This document shows positions 36,984 through 44,385 of a DNA stretch of 64,000 nucleotides, piece by piece. The notes beneath the pieces are model-generated. The model searched no databases. It saw nothing but the letters and a program-made list of their open reading frames with translations, and had not been told where the DNA came from. This DNA comes from an uncultured Lentisphaeraceae bacterium (GTDB lineage Bacteria > Verrucomicrobiota > Kiritimatiellia > RFP12 > UBA1067). Position numbers and translations under genes: made by a program. Each line of letters opens with the position of its first letter. The first letter of the stretch is position 1. The stretch is taken from contig CAYOQJ010000120.1 of NCBI GenBank assembly GCA_964406095.1, positions 10,403 to 74,402 on the forward strand. The letters run 5' to 3'.

Positions 36984-39900
36984 AACTTACCGAACTGGCT
37001 TTGAAGCGACCTGTTGCTGTGACGGTGTTAACGCTGGCAATGGTGATCACCGGCTATTTCAGTCTGACTCAGCTGGATGTCAACTATTTGCCGGACATCT
37101 CCTATCCGATGGTTAAGATTCACGTTTGGTGGCGTGGAGCGACTGCTGATGATATTGAAAACAACGTTGCTGATCCATTGGAAGAGGTTATCGCGACGGT
37201 GGATGATCTGGACTACATAGAGTCTTCAAGCATGGAAGGTATGTACACTCTGCTGGCCAATTTCAAATATGGGGTGGATGTTGAAGTGGCGTTTCAGGAT
37301 GTCGTGGCGGCCATGGGGAGAGTCACCAAACGGTTGCCGCGTGATATGGATCCGCCGGTGATCATCAAGGCTGATCCATCGCAGTTGCCGGTTATCGAGG
37401 TTCTGTTGACCTCAGAGGAACATGATCTCGTTTGGTTGCGTCAATGGGCGGAAGAGTGGTTGGTTGACCGGCTGGTAAGTGTGGATGGAACTGCAGGTGC
37501 TGAGGTTGTGGGTGGTATGGAGCGGGAGATTCGCGTCCATTTGGATCCTGACCGTTTGCAGGCTTACGGTCTTACACCTGCCTGTATTTCCCGGGTACTT
37601 GGTGAAGAGAATATTGAAACTTTCGCGGGACGTGTTACGGTTGAAACGCGTGAGTTTATCGCCCGGACGATGGGCGAATTTGAGAGTCTTGATGAAATTG
37701 CGGATGTTGTGGTATCGGTTACTCCAAATGGAGAAGAAATTTATCTCAGGGACATAGCTCGTATTGAGGATGCACATGCAGAGATGCGTATTCACACCCA
37801 TTTCAACGGCAAGCCCTGCGTTGAATTCAAGGTACTCAAGCAGTACTCGGCAAATGCACTGACTGTGGCCGAGGGGGTTAAAGCTAAGTTAGAGGAGTTG
37901 CGTCGGCAGGGTGAGATACCGGCAAGTGTTGATTTCGGTTATGTAGAGGATGACGGTGTTTATGTGCGGAATTCTGTGGCAAGTGTACGTGATTCGGCAT
38001 TGGTTTCAGCCTTACTGGTGGTGTTAGTGGTCTATCTGTTTCTAGGGCGCTGGCGTCAGGTTGTTGTAATGCTGATAGCACTGCCGGTCACTTTAACCGT
38101 CAACTTTCTTTTGATGAAGGCTGGAGACTTTTCGGTCAATGTTTTCTCGCTGGGTGGTCTGGTGGTAGCTTTAGGTGTGATACTGGACAATTCGATTGTG
38201 GTATTGGAGAATATTACACGTTTGAAAGCTGAAGGACGAGCCAGTTATTCGCTAGTAGGCACGCGAGAAGTTGGCTCGGCGATCGTTGCGGCCACGTTGA
38301 CATTTCTAGCGCTCTTTCTGCCGTTCGTCTTTATTCCGGGTATGGTGGCGGTACTGTTGAAAGAGATGGTTTTTGTGGTGGGCGGTGTTGTATTGGTTTC
38401 GTTGCTGGTGGCGTTGACCTTCACGCCGTTGATGACCGATCGGCTACTACGTGGTGAAAGGGGTGGTACCCCTTCCCGTATTGTACGTGGTTTCGATACC
38501 GTCATTCAAAGCGTTATAACTGGATATACCCGTGTGCTGGCTTTCTGTTTGCGTATCAAGTGGCTGATTGTGATATTGGCTTTGGTATTTTTTGGTAGTG
38601 GAGTCTGGATGATGTTACGTTCAGGGACAGAGTTTCTGCCCAAGCTTGATGACGGGCGTGTGATGGTGAAGCTGATGATGCCGAGCGGCACTTCGGTTGA
38701 AGAGTGTGACCGTATTCTCAATCGCGTTGAAGAGAGATTGCGGGACATACCGGAGATTCAGACCATGTTCCGCATGGCTGGTGGGCGGGTATTTGGACTC
38801 TACACTCTTGAGGTGGGTAACGAGGGTAACTTGGACATACAGCTTGTTCCGCGCAGTCAGCGTGACATTACAACAACCGAATTCGTCAATAAAATCAGAC
38901 CTCTGGTGGCGAAGATTCAGGCTCAGGAGCCGGGAGCCAAACTTCCGGTCAAGCCCCGCCCGATCAAAGGGTTACGTAAGGTCGGGGAGCAGGATGTCGA
39001 GGTGAATGTCAAAGGCAGCGATATCATGGAGCTTTTTGATTTCGCTGAGCGTTTGGCGGCGAAACTGAATACAACGCCTGGTATTTCTGGTGTGAATATA
39101 TCAATGGATATGACCAAACCGGAGTACCGTATTTTTGTGGATCGCGCTCGTGCTTCGGCGATGGGCATATCGGTCAAAAAGGTTGCTGAGGTCATGCGGG
39201 CTCAGGTTCATGGTCTGGTATCATCACAGTATGAAGAGGCCAACGAGTACTATCCTATCAGGGTGATTGTGCCTGAAATAAAATTGACCGGCAAAAGTGA
39301 CCTGGAAAATCTGTTAATTGATTCCAGCAAGGGAGCTCCGGTTTATCTTCGCGATGTGGCTGATGTGCGTCGTGCGGTCGGGCCGGTTGAGATATCGCGT
39401 GAGGATCAGGTTGCCAGGGTAATTGTGCGGGCGGACCCCAATAAAATCAGTGTTGGAGAGGCGTTGGCGCGTGCGGAACAGGTGGCTCGCGATTTAAATC
39501 CTCCCAAGGGGGTGGAGATTTCGATGGGCAGTGAGGCGCGTTTTATGGAGGAGAGTCGGCGTGTTATCGGGCTGATCATCGGGTTTGCGGTTCTTTTTGC
39601 CTATGTGATTCTAGCGATTCAGTATGAATCATTCATACTTCCTTTTCTAATTATTTTCAATGTTCCGCTGGCGACGACCGGCAGTTTGTTGGCACTGGCG
39701 ATTTTCGGTCTTTCAGTCAGTGTCACGGTTCAGATTGGATTGTTGGTGATGATGGGTGGTATAACTTCGCAGGGGGTTGTTTTACTGGATATGGCGGAGC
39801 AGTATCGACGTAGCGGGTTAACGCCTTTGGAGGCGATCCGCGAGGCGGCTCCCAATCGTGTGCGTCCAATTCTGATGACGCAGTTGACCACAGTGTTGGG

Positions 39901-40060
39901 ACTCATCCCGCTGGCCCTTAACATGGGTGAAGAGGGTGGAATGCTGGTTTCAATGGCGGTGGCTGTTATTGGTGGATTGCTTTACTCGCTGCTGTTGACA
40001 CTGCTGTTTTTGCCTTCAGCTTATGCGATGATTGTAAGAAAAACGATAAAGGAGGGTTAA
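36980..40060 (+). CDS. efflux RND transporter permease subunit (AcrB/HAE family)
   Basis: 1026 aa with 12-TM/2-loop architecture. The N-terminus is LALKRPVAVTVLTLAMVITGYFSL, with typical GGLVVALGVILDNSIVVLENI and LGLIPLAL segments. Confidence 0.95.
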   Translation: MKLTELALKRPVAVTVLTLAMVITGYFSLTQLDVNYLPDISYPMVKIHVWWRGATADDIENNVADPLEEVIATVDDLDYIESSSMEGMYTLLANFKYGVDVEVAFQDVVAAMGRVTKRLPRDMDPPVIIKADPSQLPVIEVLLTSEEHDLVWLRQWAEEWLVDRLVSVDGTAGAEVVGGMEREIRVHLDPDRLQAYGLTPACISRVLGEENIETFAGRVTVETREFIARTMGEFESLDEIADVVVSVTPNGEEIYLRDIARIEDAHAEMRIHTHFNGKPCVEFKVLKQYSANALTVAEGVKAKLEELRRQGEIPASVDFGYVEDDGVYVRNSVASVRDSALVSALLVVLVVYLFLGRWRQVVVMLIALPVTLTVNFLLMKAGDFSVNVFSLGGLVVALGVILDNSIVVLENITRLKAEGRASYSLVGTREVGSAIVAATLTFLALFLPFVFIPGMVAVLLKEMVFVVGGVVLVSLLVALTFTPLMTDRLLRGERGGTPSRIVRGFDTVIQSVITGYTRVLAFCLRIKWLIVILALVFFGSGVWMMLRSGTEFLPKLDDGRVMVKLMMPSGTSVEECDRILNRVEERLRDIPEIQTMFRMAGGRVFGLYTLEVGNEGNLDIQLVPRSQRDITTTEFVNKIRPLVAKIQAQEPGAKLPVKPRPIKGLRKVGEQDVEVNVKGSDIMELFDFAERLAAKLNTTPGISGVNISMDMTKPEYRIFVDRARASAMGISVKKVAEVMRAQVHGLVSSQYEEANEYYPIRVIVPEIKLTGKSDLENLLIDSSKGAPVYLRDVADVRRAVGPVEISREDQVARVIVRADPNKISVGEALARAEQVARDLNPPKGVEISMGSEARFMEESRRVIGLIIGFAVLFAYVILAIQYESFILPFLIIFNVPLATTGSLLALAIFGLSVSVTVQIGLLVMMGGITSQGVVLLDMAEQYRRSGLTPLEAIREAAPNRVRPILMTQLTTVLGLIPLALNMGEEGGMLVSMAVAVIGGLLYSLLLTLLFLPSAYAMIVRKTIKEG

Positions 40061-40062
40061 TC

Positions 40063-40428
40063 ATGCCTTGGATAGATGAGAGGAAGTGCGTTGGTTGCGG
40101 AATTTGCCTTGATGTTTGTTCTCCTGGCGCAATCCAGATGTGTGAAAAGTTGGCCGTTATCGATGACAGCTTGTGTATCCGGTGCGGCAAATGTCATGAC
40201 GTATGTCCCGCTGAAGCAGTACGTCATGATGGGGAACGGTTGCCCATGATGTTACGTGATAACCGTGACTACGTTTTTCGGCTATTGAGATATTGTGATG
40301 GTGAGGTGGAACGCGAACAGCTTTTGGAAAGACTTATCCGGCATTTCAGATTGCAGCAGAAAACAGCTCAAATTACCATTGACTGGATTATGGCGGAGCG
40401 CAAAGTGTTGGCTGAAGCGGTGCAATGA
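40063..40428 (+). CDS. 2x[4Fe-4S] ferredoxin-domain protein with C-terminal helical extension
   Basis: 121 aa with two CxxCxxCxxxC(P/S) motifs (CVGCGICLDVCS, CIRCGKCHDVCP). The ATG lies 2 nt after the RND stop, with AAGGAGGG inside the RND 3' end. Confidence 0.85.
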   Translation: MPWIDERKCVGCGICLDVCSPGAIQMCEKLAVIDDSLCIRCGKCHDVCPAEAVRHDGERLPMMLRDNRDYVFRLLRYCDGEVEREQLLERLIRHFRLQQKTAQITIDWIMAERKVLAEAVQ

Positions 40429-40453
40429 AATGGTGATTGTCGCAGGTACTCGC

Positions 40454-41812
40454 TCACAACATGTTGTGCTTCTTCATTTTTCGCCACAGTGTTGCAGGGT
40501 TAACGCCGAGTTGTGATGCGGTGTTTTTGCGATTACCAGCGCATTTTTGTAACGTCTCCAGAATGAGTTGCCGTTCGCTTTGCGGATCAAGTCTGCGTAA
40601 ATTGATGAACTGCCCGGTCGGTGTTTCTGCTGCGGCGGGTTCCTTGTGCGGCTCAACGTTCAGCACATGCGGGGGCAGGCACTGTTCTCTGATTTCCCTG
40701 CCGTTGCACAGGACATAAGCTCTCTCGATAATGTTACGCAGTTCCCGGATGTTTCCGGGGAAATTGTAACGAATCAGATGTTCGATTGCATTGTGCTCAA
40801 CGCCTTGAATATCACGTCCGGTCTCAGCGTTGAGAACTTCGATGAAATGTTCCACCAGCAGTGGTATGTCCTCGGCACGCTCAGCCAGGGAAGGCAGCTC
40901 AAAATTAATGACATTGATGCGATAGAATAAATCTGCGCGGAAAGTGCCGTTCTCGACGCAGGCTCTCAGGTCGCGGTTGGTGGCGGTGATCAGGCGGATA
41001 TTTGTTTTGATTGAGTGCGTGGCTCCCAATGGCTCAAACTCCCGTTCCTGCAGAACCCTTAGTAGTTTGATTTGCATAGCGGGTGTGGTGTCGCCGATTT
41101 CATCCAGAAATATGGTACCACCTTCAGCCAGCTCGAAGCGTCCGGCTTTATCGCTGCGGGCATCGGTGAAGGCCCCTTTCTTGTAACCGAAGAGCTCCGA
41201 CTCCAGCAGATTGTCGGGTAAAGCGCCGCAGTTGAGGGCGATAAAGGGTTTTTGCGATCTGCGGCTGGCTTGGTGAATGGCGCGCGCCAGTAGCTCTTTG
41301 CCGGTTCCGCTTTCACCTAGGATCACGACCGAGCTGTCGCTCTGCGCTACCGTGGGAAGAATGTTGAATATCCGCTGCATCCTGGAATTGCGGCTGATCA
41401 TATCCTGAAAGTTGTAGCTGTGGCGCAGTTCACGGCGCAGAGTCTCCAACGGACGTATATCCCGAAACGAGACCACCATGCCTTCAATGTTGTGGTTGCC
41501 GTTGAGAAAAGGGGCCGCATTCAGCAACACCGGAATCTGCTGTCCCTCCGGGGTAATAATACGGGTGGCGACATCTCTGACCGCTTTGCCCTGGGTCATG
41601 ACTCCTGACAGAATGTTACGACATTCGCAGATTTCGCAAAAGAAAAGATCGCCGAACAGTTTGCCGACCGCATGTTCTTCCGAAACTCCGAAAAGTTTCT
41701 GAGCTTGCAGATTGAAGGTGGTAACTCTCCATTCATGGCTAATGGTGCAGACACCTTCCGATAAAGAATCCAGAATCTGTTTATACTGTTTGGATTGAAT
41801 TGTACTGTCCAT
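40454..41812 (-). CDS. sigma-54-dependent transcriptional activator (PAS - AAA+ - Fis-type HTH)
   Basis: 452 aa. The PAS-like N-terminus contains CEICEC. It has Walker A (GESGTGKE) and Walker B (IFLDEIGD). The sigma-54 contact loop reads GAFTDA where the canonical form is GAFTGA. The C-terminal HTH is NRKNTASQLGVNPATLWRKMKK. Confidence 0.88.
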   Translation of the reverse strand: MDSTIQSKQYKQILDSLSEGVCTISHEWRVTTFNLQAQKLFGVSEEHAVGKLFGDLFFCEICECRNILSGVMTQGKAVRDVATRIITPEGQQIPVLLNAAPFLNGNHNIEGMVVSFRDIRPLETLRRELRHSYNFQDMISRNSRMQRIFNILPTVAQSDSSVVILGESGTGKELLARAIHQASRRSQKPFIALNCGALPDNLLESELFGYKKGAFTDARSDKAGRFELAEGGTIFLDEIGDTTPAMQIKLLRVLQEREFEPLGATHSIKTNIRLITATNRDLRACVENGTFRADLFYRINVINFELPSLAERAEDIPLLVEHFIEVLNAETGRDIQGVEHNAIEHLIRYNFPGNIRELRNIIERAYVLCNGREIREQCLPPHVLNVEPHKEPAAAETPTGQFINLRRLDPQSERQLILETLQKCAGNRKNTASQLGVNPATLWRKMKKHNML

Positions 41813-42080
41813 CTTCAGAGATTTTCTCCGCTTGTCGTGTGGGTGACGGTTCTTCTTTTATCAAATCCGACTTTATGGTCAACAAACCTAAGCTCCATCT
41901 TCTCAAATTCAGTAATTAAAAACAAGCAAGTTAAAATCTGATTATTTACGCAAATTGTAATATTAGCTCGAACACCTGAAAAAGGGGAGCAAACACCACG
42001 CATCGAAGAAAAGGGTAAGGGCACCCCCTAGGGGGCGGCGCGGAAAAAAATAAAAACCGGAGCCCTTAATTCTGCTATAA

Positions 42081-42317
42081 ATAGCAGGGTGGGGTCTGCA
42101 GGATATGATCGGCAATGTCAGTGAGCGGACTGTTTCGAGGTATCGTTCCTATCCCTGCAACGGTGATAGCAGTGGCAGCGATTCACGTGTTGTGGCGCGC
42201 GGTGGTTCTTGGGCCGACCGTCCGATCAACGCCGGTTCCTCCGTGCGTCGTGCCTACCAGCCGTGGCAGAAGGTCTTTGATGTGGGCTTCCGCGTGATTG
42301 TAACCGGCGGTTTGTAG
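42081..42317 (+). pseudogene. 5'-truncated remnant of a formylglycine-generating-enzyme (SUMF1/FGE-sulfatase) family gene
   Basis: Only ~78 codons are open after an in-frame TAA. The product, IAGWGLQDMIGNVSE...RVVARGGSWADRPINAGSSVRRAYQPWQKVFDVGFRVIV, matches the C-terminal end of the family (GLxDMxGNVWEW ... RGGSW ... R ... GFRVV). There is no N-terminal ~200 aa. Confidence 0.7.
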
Positions 42318-42509
42318 GGGTTAGGGAAGTTTTAAAGTTCGAGAGTTCTAAAGTTAGTTAAAGTGTCCAGTCCTGATTTAAAGTTGTCACTTTTTTCTTC
42401 ATTTCTTTGTTGCTTTTTTTACTCTCGCCATTGTGGCGACTGTGTCGTCGCAATAAACATATCATTAGTTGATACTGGCGAACAGGTGGCGTATCTGCTA
42501 CACTGCACC

Positions 42510-43016
42510 ATGTTCAATCGTAATTTAATAGTGGCGGTTCTGATTGCCGCACTCTGTATTTATGCTGTTGTTTGGTGGAGAGGTCGACCTCTTCATCAAG
42601 CAAGCCGTGTTCTGAACAAAGCGGCGCAGGTGGCCTCTGTTACATCTGAGGACAATGAGATCAAACGAAGGATGAAGGCACTCGCACTGCGTGATTTTGT
42701 CGGCTATGAACTGCATGTCGATGTCGAGGATGTGGCGCGGAATGTTGATTTGATGCAGGAGGATGTTGTGACCGCCTGGCTTTATGCGGTTGGATTGAAC
42801 CGCTATTTGACGATTGAAATAAACGAGATTGAACTGATTTCGACCGATGATGAACGGATTGCAGTCCGTGCTCTGGCGGATGTTGACTCCAATTATGAAA
42901 GGGGTGTCTATTCCAAGGTTTATCCGGTCGAGATCGAGTTATTGAAGGTGGAGCGTAAGCTACGTGTCAGCTCCCTTAAAACGAGTTTGCAGTTCCCATT
43001 AGAGGTGATCGAATAA
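42510..43016 (+). CDS. hypothetical membrane-anchored protein
   Basis: 168 aa from the ATG at 42510. It has an N-terminal TM segment (LIVAVLIAALCIYAVVWW) and an acidic soluble domain. Its stop overlaps the next start by 1 nt (TAATG). No family recognised. Confidence 0.55.
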   Translation: MFNRNLIVAVLIAALCIYAVVWWRGRPLHQASRVLNKAAQVASVTSEDNEIKRRMKALALRDFVGYELHVDVEDVARNVDLMQEDVVTAWLYAVGLNRYLTIEINEIELISTDDERIAVRALADVDSNYERGVYSKVYPVEIELLKVERKLRVSSLKTSLQFPLEVIE

Positions 43017-44368
43017 TGAGAGAAATCGCAGGCTGGACAGTGATTGCAACGCTGTGCTGTTTGGTGAGGGCAACTGAATTTATACAGCCCGCCGAATGGA
43101 ATATTGTCAGAACAAACGCGGTCAGGCAGTGGCAGGCAAGCAAACAGCAAATGAAGAGTGATGATCTGCTGGTGTTGAACGGGGTCATGGCTGATAAACG
43201 AAGCGGCGAGGTGCGGCTACTGGCCGAGGCGGTAGGACACAGCAGCGATACGATCGTTGAATTTCTGTTGATCGGTCCTCGTAGTGATCGTGCCTATGAA
43301 TCTGTTGCTGTCACAATTGCCGCGCCTGATGCGATTGTCAGGGCAGTGGAGTTCACAGGTGTGAAAAGAGGGGATTGCGTTGATGGACGGAACTTTCGTT
43401 TCGTGCCGCGCGGGGAACGTTTCCGATTTGCATTCCGTCTTCTGGATTCAAATGAGGCTGAACAATCGCTCAGCACTCTGCTGCGCGAGAGTGAATCCGA
43501 TGATTCCCTGTTGAACGAGGACGGCTTTGTCTTCGCTGGCGGTGAGTGGAAGATGCGGGATGGTGTGCTGAGCTGTGTCACCGCAACCGTTTCCCCCTGT
43601 GCGGTGGTCTCGCTTTATAACGAGAAATCCATCTTTGATCTGCCTTTTCAAGCGGGACAGAGTGAAGTCTACGGTCGCTTTAAAATGCGACGGAAGCTAC
43701 CGCAGGGCACGCTTTTGGAGATAATCCTGCGTCCGGTCGAGGGCACCACCGTTCTTTCGTTGGATGCCACTGCACTCGCATCTGAAAGCGGTATTCGGCT
43801 GAAGCTAACTGATTCTGAGGGCGAGATCAATCAGACCTCAGCTTTAAAAGATGCGCTTGAGTGGCTACGTAGTAAAAGGGAAGGTGGAGCTGAGCTCTAT
43901 CTCCGGCTGAAATTTGACCTGGCGCTGACACTGCGCCAGGCCCGCGAGATCGCTGCAGTTTTTGATCTGCTGGACGGTCAGGGGCTGCACCTCTACGGCA
44001 AGGTTGATCAGAGTATTTATTACAAGGCCTTTCTGCCGCGTAATGAGTGGCGTAAGCGGGAGAGCCGTGTTCCTCAGCCATTTGAGCTGCGTATAACCCG
44101 GAACGAGGAAAATAAGATTAAGCGCAAATTCATCTTCATTGAAGAGGATTGGAGTGTCGAGGGACTCGACCCCGCTTTGACACCGCATGAGTTCGATTGC
44201 AGCAGTTGGGATGAACTGCCGGGGTTGCTTGAAAAGAGTGCCGGCCCGGAAAACAAGGTGCGGGTTCTTTTCGTTTTCGCGCCCCATGATATGCCGCTGC
44301 GTGAATTTATGCCAGGTATTAACGCGCTCTCAGCGCAGTTGCCGCTTGTGCATGTTTTCAACGAATAA
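43016..44368 (+). CDS. hypothetical secreted protein (possible N-terminal YdjY-like domain)
   Basis: 450 aa with a signal-like N-terminus (WTVIATLCCLVRATE). The segment VLNGVMADKRSGEVRLLAEAVG...IVEFLLIGPRSDRAYESVAVTIAAPDAIVRAVEFTGVKRGD resembles YdjY-domain proteins from memory. This is a weak call. Confidence 0.55.
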   Translation: MREIAGWTVIATLCCLVRATEFIQPAEWNIVRTNAVRQWQASKQQMKSDDLLVLNGVMADKRSGEVRLLAEAVGHSSDTIVEFLLIGPRSDRAYESVAVTIAAPDAIVRAVEFTGVKRGDCVDGRNFRFVPRGERFRFAFRLLDSNEAEQSLSTLLRESESDDSLLNEDGFVFAGGEWKMRDGVLSCVTATVSPCAVVSLYNEKSIFDLPFQAGQSEVYGRFKMRRKLPQGTLLEIILRPVEGTTVLSLDATALASESGIRLKLTDSEGEINQTSALKDALEWLRSKREGGAELYLRLKFDLALTLRQAREIAAVFDLLDGQGLHLYGKVDQSIYYKAFLPRNEWRKRESRVPQPFELRITRNEENKIKRKFIFIEEDWSVEGLDPALTPHEFDCSSWDELPGLLEKSAGPENKVRVLFVFAPHDMPLREFMPGINALSAQLPLVHVFNE

Positions 44369-44385
44369 AAGAATAGGATGTTTTG

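Noticed and set aside
41815-42024. A 69-aa ORF ending 2 nt before the sigma-54 activator start, possibly a leader peptide.
   Set aside because: It lies in an AT-rich promoter-like spacer. It has no convincing ribosome-binding site and an odd composition. It could still be a uORF, but the evidence is insufficient to call it.
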